IMG/VR virus record: IMGVR_UViG_3300021962_004757
Coordinates: 1-37,636 of that record
DNA from: a virus
Lineage: Duplodnaviria > Caudoviricetes
DNA length: 37,636 bases
Direction: 5' to 3' (one strand)
Part shown: piece after piece, positions 9,006 to 18,422 of the stretch
Numbering within the stretch: position 1 is the first letter of the stretch
Layout: the number at the start of each line of letters is the position of its first letter
Position numbers and translations under genes: made by a program
The notes under the pieces: model-generated
What the model was told of the DNA's origin: nothing
The model's database searches: none
What the model saw: only the letters and a program-made list of their open reading frames with translations

Positions 9006-9516
9006 TAGCCATTTCCTGTGCTTGTTGTTCTGCTGGTTCTACTTGAGCATTAACACCACCATAGTTAGATAGTATATCTGCTACTTTGTTCTTGTCTAAT
9101 TCTGTATAGCCACGTGTGATATCGTGCATTAGTTTTTTAGGCATCGCGATTTTTACTAACCATACTGGTTGTTGATCGATTTTACCTTTGCGTGTTCCAG
9201 GACGTATATCATCTGGTGTTTTGATCTTGCGCACACGATTGAAAACGCTTTCACCGTATTGTACTTTACAACCGTATTCTGTTAATCGTTTGCCGCCTGC
9301 AGGTTCTGGCATCTTTTCTCTAGGCCACATAAATGTGCATTCTACGAAGTAGCGATTTTCTTTAGGACCTTCTACTAGCTCTCCATCGATCCAATTAGCA
9401 TACACATAGGTATCTAATTCATCGAATACTCGTTCGAAGTCTTTTAGTATGTTTAAACTATTGTTAGAACCATAAATCTGTTCTACGTTTTTAATAATGT
9501 CTTTGATGTCTGCCAT
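8986..9516 (-). CDS. Hypothetical phage protein
   Basis: 176-aa ORF with GGGAGA RBS and TAAATA at 9538-9533. Confidence 0.72.
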   Translation of the reverse strand: MADIKDIIKNVEQIYGSNNSLNILKDFERVFDELDTYVYANWIDGELVEGPKENRYFVECTFMWPREKMPEPAGGKRLTEYGCKVQYGESVFNRVRKIKTPDDIRPGTRKGKIDQQPVWLVKIAMPKKLMHDITRGYTELDKNKVADILSNYGGVNAQVEPAEQQAQEMANDQSAE

Positions 9517-9532
9517 AGAATGTCTCCCAATG

Positions 9533-9590
9533 TATTTATCTATCGTTTTCTTTATATTAACTTATTATTTCTGGATTAATATAGTAAATA
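9533..9590. promoter_or_regulatory. Divergent pair of TAAATA late-type promoters
   Basis: TAAATA on minus (9538-9533) and plus (9585-9590) between divergent genes; resembles the T4 late promoter TATAAATA. Confidence 0.65.
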
Positions 9591-9591
9591 C

Positions 9592-9638
9592 TTTTGTGTT
9601 CGGTCGCGGACACAAAGCATAATCGGTCCGTGCCGAAC
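9592..9638 (+). promoter_or_regulatory. Structured 5' leader of phoH with two alternative hairpins
   Basis: Hairpin A 9593-9602/9607-9616; hairpin B 9598-9611/9626-9638; they share bases. Confidence 0.55.
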
Positions 9639-9669
9639 TTCTTAAAATCTTAAGGAGGGCATACCTTTT

Positions 9670-10392
9670 ATGAAGCGAAAAAAAGCAACCTCAACAGCAC
9701 TTCTAGATCGAACACCGTTCGATTTTGATCAAAGACTCCAAGAAAGACGAACCAACCATAAAGTTTATCCTAAGAACCTAAGCCAAGAAAACTATCTGTT
9801 GAAACTCAACGATGAGTCTAAACAAGTAATTTTTGCTGTCGGTCCTGCAGGAACGGGTAAAACTATGTTGGCAGTACAGTGGGCCATTGATCAGATGAAA
9901 CACGGTGATAAACAAAGGATCATAATAACAAGACCTGCTGTTTCGGTTGATGAGCAACACGGCTTCCTTCCAGGCGATCTAAACGAGAAAATGGAACCCT
10001 GGACGAAACCAATCTTTGATATAGTCAAGGAGAACTTCGACTATAGACGTATACAAACTATGATAAAAGAGGGGGTGATAGAAACAAGTCCATTGGCTTA
10101 CATGAGGGGGCGTACTTTTAAGGACGCAGTTATCATAGCTGACGAGATGCAGAATGCTACTCCAAGTCAGATGAAGATGTTATTGACGAGATTAGGACAA
10201 GGATCTAAAATGGTCGTGACTGGTGATCTACAGCAGGCAGACCGGCCATCCGAAAACGGATTATTAGAATTCCTTGGGTTATATAATAACTTTGAGAATC
10301 ATCGATATGTAGATATGTGCCACTTCACTATAAGTGATGTCGAGAGACATGAGGCAGTTAAAGAGATACTAGCAATTTACGGAGACTCTTGA
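9670..10392 (+). CDS. phoH: PhoH-family ATPase
   Basis: GPAGTGKT, GFLPGDL, YMRGRTF, ADEMQN, LLTRLG and GDLQQ motifs; AAGGAGG RBS. Confidence 0.95.
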   Translation: MKRKKATSTALLDRTPFDFDQRLQERRTNHKVYPKNLSQENYLLKLNDESKQVIFAVGPAGTGKTMLAVQWAIDQMKHGDKQRIIITRPAVSVDEQHGFLPGDLNEKMEPWTKPIFDIVKENFDYRRIQTMIKEGVIETSPLAYMRGRTFKDAVIIADEMQNATPSQMKMLLTRLGQGSKMVVTGDLQQADRPSENGLLEFLGLYNNFENHRYVDMCHFTISDVERHEAVKEILAIYGDS

Positions 10393-10889
10393 GGTGGGGG
10401 AGTGTAACTCTCCCCATCTTCTCCTACTTCGATCCAAGTATAATCACCCAACCATTTGACACGGGTGATGTACTCATACTCTTCTGGAGGTCGACCGCTC
10501 CAGTCGTTAGGTCCCATTATGCTTAAGATATGCTTTTCTTTTCTAGTATGATATACTAACCAATATACCTTGCCATGATACGTTTCAAATTCATATTCAG
10601 CGGCATGTACGCTGTCAGTTACTTCCAGCCTCCATTGTAAATCACGAGCTTGTTTTTGTAGAACATTTACCACTTCCATGATCCTATCATATTCTTGTTT
10701 GGCGTGCATGCGTGCGACGTTAACCATCAAGTCTTTACGCTTCTCGATAGGAATCATATCGAATTTTGGACCACCTACTTCTGTAGGGTATTTGCTGGAA
10801 TTACGATTGAAGAATGGTATTAAGCTATCGCCGACATTGGCATCATAGCTATCTCTACCTTTAGCTATGTTTGATTTCTTTTTTGCCAA
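10377..10889 (-). CDS. DUF2452-like hypothetical protein
   Basis: 170 aa, TTG start; helix followed by AEYEFE..GKVYWLVY..LSIMGPNDW pattern, family recalled from memory. Confidence 0.6.
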   Translation of the reverse strand: MAKKKSNIAKGRDSYDANVGDSLIPFFNRNSSKYPTEVGGPKFDMIPIEKRKDLMVNVARMHAKQEYDRIMEVVNVLQKQARDLQWRLEVTDSVHAAEYEFETYHGKVYWLVYHTRKEKHILSIMGPNDWSGRPPEEYEYITRVKWLGDYTWIEVGEDGESYTPPPQESP

Positions 10890-10893
10890 AACG

Positions 10894-11808
10894 TTATAGC
10901 CTTGCTAGTTTAACTAGTACCGCGGCTAAGTTGACTTCTGGATCTACTACCAAAGTATGATCCACCATGCCCTGTTTGATTATGATGATAGCGGAATCTT
11001 GCTGTGCTTCGTCACCAAAGATATCCAAGTTGTCATACAACCAACGATACACTTCTTCCATCTCTTCAGCACGTAGTTTGCCACACAGTAGTTTTCTCGC
11101 ATCACGGATCTTACCTGCTTTAAATAAATCAACCATTTCAAACTTCCAGTCCTGTGATCCTTCATCACCTTTGTTCGGAGAGTGTAAAGCACCTTCCGAC
11201 ACGTTCTGCTGTACCATATTGATACATTTACGCAAATCTGGATAAGCCACTTTGACATAGTTGTCTAACACGTCAAGCTCAAACTGTATGCCTTCTTCTA
11301 CCAAGATAGTCGCTACCCTTGCTGTGAATTCAGTTTGATCGATACGTTCTACGTGGAAGCCTTGGCAACGTGAATGCAGTGCTGGAATAATCCTGTTTGG
11401 ATAGTTACAGGTTAGTATGAATCTCGCTGTCGAATGATATTCTTCCATGACCCCACGCAACGCCGCTTGTGCGTTCGGTGACAAGTAATCAGCCTCATCT
11501 AACAGCACTACTTTAAATGGACCGAACGGAATAGTCTGCACGAAGTTAACTACTTTGTCACGGACATCTTCTACGGAGTTCGTTCTCGAAGCGTTGATCT
11601 CTAACACATCATAATCTTCAACACCGAGTTCATTGACTAGCATCTTAGCCATAGTAGTCTTGCCGATACCAGCAGAACCACTGAACAACAAATGAGGAAT
11701 GCTAGCGTCCTTGATCCAAGTCTGTACCTGTTTCTTCTGTGCCTCGTCACGGAACACATATCCATCTATCTTTTTAGGACGATACTTTTCTACCCATAGC
11801 TCTTTCAT
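10894..11808 (-). CDS. Sliding-clamp loader AAA+ subunit (RFC small / T4 gp44-like)
   Basis: WVEKYRP, GSAGIGKT, EINAS, LDEAD, SRC and DLRK motifs. Confidence 0.93.
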   Translation of the reverse strand: MKELWVEKYRPKKIDGYVFRDEAQKKQVQTWIKDASIPHLLFSGSAGIGKTTMAKMLVNELGVEDYDVLEINASRTNSVEDVRDKVVNFVQTIPFGPFKVVLLDEADYLSPNAQAALRGVMEEYHSTARFILTCNYPNRIIPALHSRCQGFHVERIDQTEFTARVATILVEEGIQFELDVLDNYVKVAYPDLRKCINMVQQNVSEGALHSPNKGDEGSQDWKFEMVDLFKAGKIRDARKLLCGKLRAEEMEEVYRWLYDNLDIFGDEAQQDSAIIIIKQGMVDHTLVVDPEVNLAAVLVKLARL

Positions 11809-12053
11809 TCGACTAAGTTACTCCACGTTTTTAGTTTGTCTTTTTTATATTGTACACGATTTTCTAGCTCTTGCCAACTGACATAATCCCATTTTTGTAA
11901 AAGTTCTAACATACAAAGGACATCGCCCGCTTCATCCTGTAAGTCCTTTAATGATTTCTCATCAGCACCTCTGCGTAGCACCTTTGAACAGGCTTGTATG
12001 AGCTCACCGCATTCTTCCATAGTGATTACAAATAGCTGTGTGCGTTCATCCAT
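11805..12053 (-). CDS. MazG-like nucleotide pyrophosphohydrolase
   Basis: EECGEL...DEAGDV (ExxE...ExxD) motif. Confidence 0.8.
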   Translation of the reverse strand: MDERTQLFVITMEECGELIQACSKVLRRGADEKSLKDLQDEAGDVLCMLELLQKWDYVSWQELENRVQYKKDKLKTWSNLVE

Positions 12054-12207
12054 TCTGTTTCTCCTGTTTATATTTTGCTTTCAAAAACCATTTCCATTTA
12101 CGGAAATAATCTTCTGGACTGCCGGTAACCTGTCGATGTTCCCACGCTTCGACTTCATCTCGATATTCAAACCATTTATCATATACCCATAGTCTAAAAT
12201 CCATATT
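12046..12207 (-). CDS. Small hypothetical protein
   Basis: ORF track 12046..12240; start uncertain, likely near MSNMDF around 12213-12204. Confidence 0.5.
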   Translation of the reverse strand, partial: NMDFRLWVYDKWFEYRDEVEAWEHRQVTGSPEDYFRKWKWFLKAKYKQEKQNG

Positions 12208-12412
12208 AGACATTCCATTCTTTCTTTTCATCGAGGGCATACTTTGCCATCTCTATATACTCTTTGTCCTCTCCGTCTAACGCTGACCAAAACTTAACAA
12301 CGCTTTCGATCACATCAAAGACGTATTCTGGACGATGCAGATGTGTATTGCTCTCCATCAACTGCTGTAGATGGTCCATACGATCGTCGATTCGTTGTCT
12401 TAGATCGCTCAT
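12206..12412 (-). CDS. Small hypothetical protein
   Basis: 68-aa ORF with ATGA overlap upstream. Confidence 0.6.
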   Translation of the reverse strand: MSDLRQRIDDRMDHLQQLMESNTHLHRPEYVFDVIESVVKFWSALDGEDKEYIEMAKYALDEKKEWNV

Positions 12413-12576
12413 ACTAGTTCTTCTGCTATTCCTACTATTTCAGCTACTAATAAACAAGCGCCAGCTACTGTTAGCCATACGTTACCGAGGAGCATCAATG
12501 CTACAGCCCCTACGATTCTAATCGCGCTCTTGACTATTGATAGTTGTAGATGTTTCTTGGGATCTGGTTGTTTCAT
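12409..12576 (-). CDS. Small membrane protein (55 aa)
   Basis: Manual translation MKQPDPKKHLQLSIVKSAIRIVGAVALMLLGNVWLTVAGACLLVAEIVGIAEELV; GAGG RBS; ATGA overlap. Confidence 0.7.
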   Translation of the reverse strand: MKQPDPKKHLQLSIVKSAIRIVGAVALMLLGNVWLTVAGACLLVAEIVGIAEELV

Positions 12577-12664
12577 AATTACCTCTCTTTAATTCAGTTG
12601 TTAATTGACAAGGAATCCAGCTACAGTTTGGTTTCCATTCTTTCTTACAGATTTCGCAAATCAT
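12518..12664 (-). CDS. Small Cys-rich protein (48 aa)
   Basis: MICEICKKEWKPNCSWIPCQ...; AGGAGG RBS; overlaps both neighbours. Confidence 0.5.
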   Translation of the reverse strand: MICEICKKEWKPNCSWIPCQLTTELKRGNYETTRSQETSTTINSQERD

Positions 12665-12857
12665 TTCGCCTCCTAAAATAAATCCTCCATAGAGCGGATC
12701 TAGTCATACTCACTAACATAAAAATCAGTGCTATTCCAAAACTATCTAATATAGTAGGGTGTAGTCCAAACCAAGGAAACACCAGCATCTGTATAGCAAC
12801 GGCTAAAATAAAACCACTGCCTACATCAATGATACTTTCTAATACATCACGATTCAT
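12645..12857 (-). CDS. Small membrane protein
   Basis: Two hydrophobic helices; likely start MNRDVLES. Confidence 0.65.
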   Translation of the reverse strand: MNRDVLESIIDVGSGFILAVAIQMLVFPWFGLHPTILDSFGIALIFMLVSMTRSALWRIYFRRRNDLRNL

Positions 12858-13263
12858 TTTTTTTGCTTTCTGCATCTAATACTCTTTTCCTTAGTTCTGT
12901 GCTTGAGAAACTGTGTCTCCTGCTATTGAAATAGCATTCTATGTCAAGCTCTCTACCTGTGAAATGTTTGTCTTTGTATTCTTCGCCTAGTATCCTAACA
13001 TCTATTTTATATGACTGCAGGATATCTAAAAGCTCTTTTTCTGTGGCATAGACCACGATTTCATCTACGTACCTGCAGGCTTGTAACTGTGTGTATCTCT
13101 CAAACACTGTTTGTATGGGGTTGTTCTTTTCTGGTCTATCAATAGTAGGATCAGTCTGTAATCCAACGATTAGATATTCGCACTGTGTTCGTGCTTCTTT
13201 GAGCATCATGATATGCCCAGCGTGGAATAGATCGAATGTGGAGCAGGTAAATCCTGTTTTCAT
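12847..13263 (-). CDS. Glycerol-3-phosphate cytidylyltransferase-like (TagD/RfaE family) nucleotidyltransferase
   Basis: TFDLFHAGH, LIVGL, ER...YVDE and SSTELR motifs. Confidence 0.88.
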   Translation of the reverse strand: MKTGFTCSTFDLFHAGHIMMLKEARTQCEYLIVGLQTDPTIDRPEKNNPIQTVFERYTQLQACRYVDEIVVYATEKELLDILQSYKIDVRILGEEYKDKHFTGRELDIECYFNSRRHSFSSTELRKRVLDAESKKNES

Positions 13264-13269
13264 ATAATA

Positions 13270-13503
13270 TCAGTCATTGTTTTTTAATAACTTTATTATA
13301 CGCTTTTTCTCCATTGTTGTCAACCATTCATTTTCTTCATTGAAGGTTGGGCACTCTTTGAGTGCGTCATCTATTAAAAATTTGAGTGTGTAGAGGTCTT
13401 GTTTGTAACCCCAGGCGACAAATCCATCGTTGTGTGGATTTTTGCATTGGAAGGACAGCGCCCATATTTCATGGGCTATTGTTTCAATGTCTGGTTTATC
13501 CAC
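13270..13503 (-). CDS. Hypothetical protein
   Basis: 77-aa ORF coupled to the groES stop. Confidence 0.6.
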   Translation of the reverse strand: MDKPDIETIAHEIWALSFQCKNPHNDGFVAWGYKQDLYTLKFLIDDALKECPTFNEENEWLTTMEKKRIIKLLKNND

Positions 13504-13865
13504 TATATCTCTTGACCGATAAATGCTTTATCTGTTTCGGAAGGTTCAGTATCACTGATTGCTAGTATCGATTCGTTTTCAACACGGCTAATCAATCTTT
13601 CGCCTTCACCGTCATCTATCAACGATGCTCTAGTCCAACGACCATGCTCTACTAAGATCCACTGTCCTTCTTTGATAGTTTCTTGTCTAGGACCTACTTT
13701 ATAGACACGTCCCCATCTAGGATGTACACCGTGTGCTTTAGCATTATCACTACGTAATATGATACCTGAATTAAGTTTTACCTCTCCGAAATTCATATCA
13801 GTAACTATAACATCATCTCGGATCGCTTTAATTTTTACTTTTTTTGCTTCATACACACTAGACAT
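13503..13865 (-). CDS. groES: GroES-like co-chaperonin
   Basis: KAIRDDVIV, SGIIL mobile loop, GRVYKVGP and ESILAI. Confidence 0.8.
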   Translation of the reverse strand: MSSVYEAKKVKIKAIRDDVIVTDMNFGEVKLNSGIILRSDNAKAHGVHPRWGRVYKVGPRQETIKEGQWILVEHGRWTRASLIDDGEGERLISRVENESILAISDTEPSETDKAFIGQEI

Positions 13866-13868
13866 TTG

Positions 13869-14096
13869 TTATCCTTTCTTTCTTGATGGTACATCTTCTT
13901 TAATAGCACGTGGATTATCTTTGTAATATTCTTTCATTAATTCTTCACGTGTTTTAACAACCTTGCCACCGGGACCTAATAGATCTCCCCTAGCATTTAA
14001 TTTTGCATTACCCACTGCAGGTGTTGTTTCGTGTTTGAGACTAAGTTTTTCCATATCAATCTCTTTACCACGAACGCTTGTATATACTTTACCCAT
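13869..14096 (-). CDS. Hypothetical phage protein
   Basis: 75-aa ORF, GGAG RBS, TAATG overlap. Confidence 0.7.
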   Translation of the reverse strand: MGKVYTSVRGKEIDMEKLSLKHETTPAVGNAKLNARGDLLGPGGKVVKTREELMKEYYKDNPRAIKEDVPSRKKG

Positions 14097-14563
14097 TATT
14101 TTTCTCCTTTGAAGAATTCTCCAATTGGTATATCATATTTAATACTGTCTATCTTATGTACCCCTAATAAGTGGAGAACATAACTCGCTACGCTACTTCC
14201 TCTACCTACACCCCATACGATATTGTTAGCTCTCAATGTATCTACTATGTATTTCATACATTTCAACACCATTGTCATATTATACTTATTATATAGCTCT
14301 AGCTCTCTTTGTACTCTGGCACGCTGTTCATCTGTTTCACAGATATCCAAAACGTATTTTTCTATGTCCATTTCTTTGTACTGATGCGGAATGCGCCAGT
14401 TTTTTATATCTATCTCTCGCGGTGGTACGGGATAGTCTAAACGTTCTTGATCTATTCTTTGGATGTATTTTTGGATATCTGCGTCTGTTTGGCAACGATC
14501 CAATATGTCTGGACCGTGTAGCATCACGCCTTGTACTAGCTGTTCTATTGTGTTAGTCGACAT
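14096..14563 (-). CDS. dnaE: Stand-alone fragment of DNA polymerase III alpha subunit
   Basis: RVQRELEL...YIVD...WGVGRGSSVASYVLHLLGVHKIDSIKYDI matches the DnaE GxGRGS region; only 155 aa. Confidence 0.85.
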   Translation of the reverse strand: MSTNTIEQLVQGVMLHGPDILDRCQTDADIQKYIQRIDQERLDYPVPPREIDIKNWRIPHQYKEMDIEKYVLDICETDEQRARVQRELELYNKYNMTMVLKCMKYIVDTLRANNIVWGVGRGSSVASYVLHLLGVHKIDSIKYDIPIGEFFKGEK

Positions 14564-14783
14564 TAATTAGTTGATCCAAATCGTTATTACCATCATTTGT
14601 ACGTTGTCTATATCTACGAGATAACTCATCTCTATATATTGTAACAAATGTTGCGATTTGTGTCAACAGTTCTTGGTTCCCTAATCGTGCGGCCTGTGAA
14701 TATTTTTTGTTCAATTCGGATAGTTTCGCTTCAACTTCAGCGTCTTTAAGTTCTTCTAGATTTCCTTCTAGTGGATGAAACAT
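14553..14783 (-). CDS. Hypothetical coiled-coil protein
   Basis: Start re-assigned to ATG 14783 (MFHPLEG) by TAATG overlap. Confidence 0.65.
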   Translation of the reverse strand: MFHPLEGNLEELKDAEVEAKLSELNKKYSQAARLGNQELLTQIATFVTIYRDELSRRYRQRTNDGNNDLDQLINVD

Positions 14784-15403
14784 TAAGCAAACTGTCCTAC
14801 ATAGTGCATAAAGATAACACCTGATCGATGTCTCCAAACTTCTACAATAACAGGATCGGTCGCTGATGACAGTCTTAATGTAGGAAATGTTACAGGAGAT
14901 GTTGGAAATCCAAGTGTTTTATAGACAGCACCACCCGAAGTCGTAAAAGTGATATCAACATTAGATCCATCACTGTAAAGTTCCAATGTCATTTTACCCA
15001 TACCGATTGGAGTAGCTTCTGCAGGAGTGATACTAGGGTCACCAGGTAAGTTATCAAAATAAACATTACTATTACTTGATCCACCTGTTTCGAATTTCCA
15101 CATTTGGTAAGCACCATTTTCGTAATCGATACCACCACCTTCGTATATGGCAGAATCACCTGCTGTAGGAAATTTTTGTGTGCGATTGTTTACTAGTACG
15201 GCTCTTGTAAGATTATTCAACTGAAAATCATTGGTTTCAGTCAATTTTGCGGTACCGTCTTGTAACGCTGTGATTTCTTCTTTAGCATTACGGAAACTAG
15301 TTTTAATCGTGTCAAAATTGTCACGAAAAACTTGTGTGTCATTATCCTGCCCTGCTACAGGGAAGTTCTCATTAATACTTAAATAATTTATATTACTTGC
15401 CAT
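14783..15403 (-). CDS. Putative virion (baseplate/tail) protein
   Basis: N-terminal DNDTQVFRDNFDTIK coiled segment; last gene of the structural block. Confidence 0.65.
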   Translation of the reverse strand: MASNINYLSINENFPVAGQDNDTQVFRDNFDTIKTSFRNAKEEITALQDGTAKLTETNDFQLNNLTRAVLVNNRTQKFPTAGDSAIYEGGGIDYENGAYQMWKFETGGSSNSNVYFDNLPGDPSITPAEATPIGMGKMTLELYSDGSNVDITFTTSGGAVYKTLGFPTSPVTFPTLRLSSATDPVIVEVWRHRSGVIFMHYVGQFA

Positions 15404-17864
15404 CTATCTTTTCTCCACGTTGCGGGAATGCAAGGTATTTATCCTCTAATAGCCCGTCGATGGAATCAAATAGATATCGATCTATTGTGAAATCCATCTG
15501 TTTAAAATCAAACCCACTTGCCCTAATTTTTGCTAATATTCTTTCTGAACTACCAGGTTTACAATAGCATAACGTTAATGCTTTAACAAATCCAGGTTCA
15601 TAAGCATCTCCGCTTTGAATGCTTCTCATCCATAACGGTAAAAAATCTCTGTATCTTTCACCTACAGATTTAACACGATTACGCATATTTTTTATACTGT
15701 TTGGAAAAATCCTTTGATGATCGCTGTCGCTTACAAAAGGAATGTCTGTATCTACGCTTATCTTATCATAACTCACTAAAACCTTGCTATTAATATCGTC
15801 TGGAAGATTTATAGTATTGCTGATACTTTTACCATTCTTTTCATATTCATCGACTACATTAACATAAATGGCCTCATACAATGTTTCCTGTGTAATCGGA
15901 TCTTTTCCTTCTGCCACTGATAGGTCACCAAATAATAACCTTTTACGATAATGGTTACGGCTCATAGCCTGTACAAATTTTACAGCATCAAGACTTTCTA
16001 TACCTGCATACAATAGCATTTTAAGTTCAGCCTGTACGGCATAGTTCGGGTCACCATATCTATATAAATCAGCTGGAGTAAAGATAGTAGCGTCGGTGAT
16101 GAAGTTAAACCATTGTAATCTTTTCTCTTTGCTTTGTAATGCTTTAACATAAACATTAGCAAAAGTTTTTGAATTATCTTCAATGACTTGTACTGTAAAA
16201 GTTCTTAGGCTTTCAGCATAGTTTAAATTATCTCTAGCTCTAATAGTGAAAGTAAATTTTCTATCAAAACTAGTAGTACCAGCATCAAAAGTAGAATTGA
16301 AACTTCTCGAAGCTGTTGAATCAACTAAACTTGAATCTCTATCATAGAATCTAATAAGACCGGCTGTAGTATCATCTGAAAATTGATTAACTTTACCTTG
16401 TATGTCTCCGCTAGATAAAAATGTTAAACCTGGAGGTAATGTTCCGCTTACAAGATCGTATGCTACCCTTCCACCATAGGCTAAACTTTCAGCTCTCACA
16501 TAGAGCAAGCTAGGCTGATTAGGTTTGATAGTTCCACGATCGCTAGGAGTGATCCAATTGATAGCACTTTCAATTTCACCTATGATATCTACAGTGAATG
16601 TTTTTTCAGTGGTAGCAACGCTTGATTCCCAAAACGTTGGTTCATCAGAGGGAGTCTTTGCTCTATTATCTTGTAGAGCGATATAGATAAATCCTTCAAA
16701 TCTTACAGCATCGTTTTTAGAATAGTTAGTAGAAGAATTCCAGTTTTCTCGGAAGGTATAAGTTTGATCAAATATTGTTGTATTGAAATCAATAGCCGCG
16801 ATGGTAAACTTATATTGTCTTGTTACCGCCGCTTGATAAGGTACTTCTCCTGCGATTTCTCCGGTGGTCGAATCTAAGGTCATACCTGGAGGAAGCGTAC
16901 TAACAGAACCGTCAGGATTGGTATTCTTTTTTAGATAGGTTATTACTCCAGGCAGTGTAGGAGGATCATATACTTCTAAGAAAATAGTAACATAGTTGTT
17001 TGCTCTAATCCTTCCTAGATAACTTTCAGTAATCCACAACGGTGATCTATCACTAGTAGCATCTGCTTGGAATAGATTAGTATCTGATTGTATTAATGTA
17101 GTGTCTGCTTGTAGGAATTCTTCAGTAACCACATACATCTTGAATAATCTATTAACGGTATTCCTACCATCTGTGACTGCGACTACGAAATTATAGATGC
17201 GGCTTAATCTTCGAGGCTGTCTGCTAGGTTCATTGTAATCGTAATCTTGATTATCATATAAAAAACTATCAAATCCGTTGCTGGTTAAATCTAAGAAATC
17301 TAAAGGTGTTTGATCTAAAGGACCGGTATCATACCCACCGAATGGATCTTTGGTATATTCTAATGCGAAGATCGGATCAGTGAAACCAGAGATTACACCA
17401 GTTTTAGATAATGACAATCCCGGAGGTAATGTTCCCCCTTGTGGTACTAGATAATATTCTAGAGTGTCCCCTGCTATTAAATCTGGATCGGTTGCTGATA
17501 AGCTAAAATTTACATAAGAATTATCTAATACAAAGTAAGAGTTATTATCACCTACCTGTAGAAATCCTTCTCTAGTGATCCATTCGGGAATATCACTGCC
17601 ATCTACAGAAAGTTTAAAAGTTCTATCTTCTATGTCTTGACCGTCAGATGCACGTATAACAAATCTACTTTCTGTAAAGGTTCGAACTTCAGTAGGACTT
17701 CCAGAAATCGAATTTCCTGATAATCTTAATCCGCGAGGTAAGTTTCCCGCGATTAACGAAAATGTAACATCGCCGATGTTTGAGGTAGCGTCTAGAGGTA
17801 TATCGAGTGTTACTCGTTCTGTGATTACCCCTAAACTGCCTGCAGGTGTGTTCCAAGTAATCAT
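15393..17864 (-). CDS. Virion protein with repeated Ig-like domains
   Basis: Four LP(P/R)G(L/M)xL...G.I.G repeats typical of putative Ig domains. Confidence 0.75.
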   Translation of the reverse strand: MITWNTPAGSLGVITERVTLDIPLDATSNIGDVTFSLIAGNLPRGLRLSGNSISGSPTEVRTFTESRFVIRASDGQDIEDRTFKLSVDGSDIPEWITREGFLQVGDNNSYFVLDNSYVNFSLSATDPDLIAGDTLEYYLVPQGGTLPPGLSLSKTGVISGFTDPIFALEYTKDPFGGYDTGPLDQTPLDFLDLTSNGFDSFLYDNQDYDYNEPSRQPRRLSRIYNFVVAVTDGRNTVNRLFKMYVVTEEFLQADTTLIQSDTNLFQADATSDRSPLWITESYLGRIRANNYVTIFLEVYDPPTLPGVITYLKKNTNPDGSVSTLPPGMTLDSTTGEIAGEVPYQAAVTRQYKFTIAAIDFNTTIFDQTYTFRENWNSSTNYSKNDAVRFEGFIYIALQDNRAKTPSDEPTFWESSVATTEKTFTVDIIGEIESAINWITPSDRGTIKPNQPSLLYVRAESLAYGGRVAYDLVSGTLPPGLTFLSSGDIQGKVNQFSDDTTAGLIRFYDRDSSLVDSTASRSFNSTFDAGTTSFDRKFTFTIRARDNLNYAESLRTFTVQVIEDNSKTFANVYVKALQSKEKRLQWFNFITDATIFTPADLYRYGDPNYAVQAELKMLLYAGIESLDAVKFVQAMSRNHYRKRLLFGDLSVAEGKDPITQETLYEAIYVNVVDEYEKNGKSISNTINLPDDINSKVLVSYDKISVDTDIPFVSDSDHQRIFPNSIKNMRNRVKSVGERYRDFLPLWMRSIQSGDAYEPGFVKALTLCYCKPGSSERILAKIRASGFDFKQMDFTIDRYLFDSIDGLLEDKYLAFPQRGEKIDGK

Positions 17865-17871
17865 AAGTTCC

Positions 17872-18420
17872 TTAAACTATTCGACCTGAATCTAAATTTA
17901 ATCGTCCTGGTAAAGTGATAGTACCAAAATCAATATTTGAATTTGCCGTATTAAATTGTACGCTATTGTCAAATGTAGATCCGATTGGACCGAAATCCTG
18001 ATAAGTTAAAATATCAGTAACACCTAACACGGTATCAACAGTAATTACAGAACCTAAAGCAGTAACATCAATGTTTTCTGTTCCTTGAACTGTAATCTGA
18101 GAATTAGTTGTTGCTAATACACTACCTGCATTAGTATCGATTCTAGTAAATGCATCCGGTTGTGTGCTATTGATTTTTAATGATGTGTCGAATTCTTCAA
18201 TTAATATTTTTGTACCAGATATTAATTTTCTAAATTGTAGTTGTGAATCTACTTTTTGTGCGAACACGCTAGACCCAGTAACTCCGAGATTAGTTCCAGT
18301 TACGGTTAATGAACTTTCTAGTTCTGTGAAATTAGCATTAACTTTTTCAAACGCGGTCCTTAGATCATCACCAAGTCCGTCATTTACTACATTTCCGATG
18401 TTAATTGTTTGTATGGCCAT
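17872..18420 (-). CDS. Baseplate/tail protein with T4 gp9/gp10-like N-terminus
   Basis: INIGNVVNDGLGDDLRTAFEKVNANF. Confidence 0.78.
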   Translation of the reverse strand: MAIQTINIGNVVNDGLGDDLRTAFEKVNANFTELESSLTVTGTNLGVTGSSVFAQKVDSQLQFRKLISGTKILIEEFDTSLKINSTQPDAFTRIDTNAGSVLATTNSQITVQGTENIDVTALGSVITVDTVLGVTDILTYQDFGPIGSTFDNSVQFNTANSNIDFGTITLPGRLNLDSGRIV

Positions 18421-18422
18421 AA

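Noticed and set aside
14096-14563. dnaE pseudogene or split intein
   Set aside because: Clean translational coupling on both sides, no remnant of the missing domains nearby, and no intein N-terminal motif
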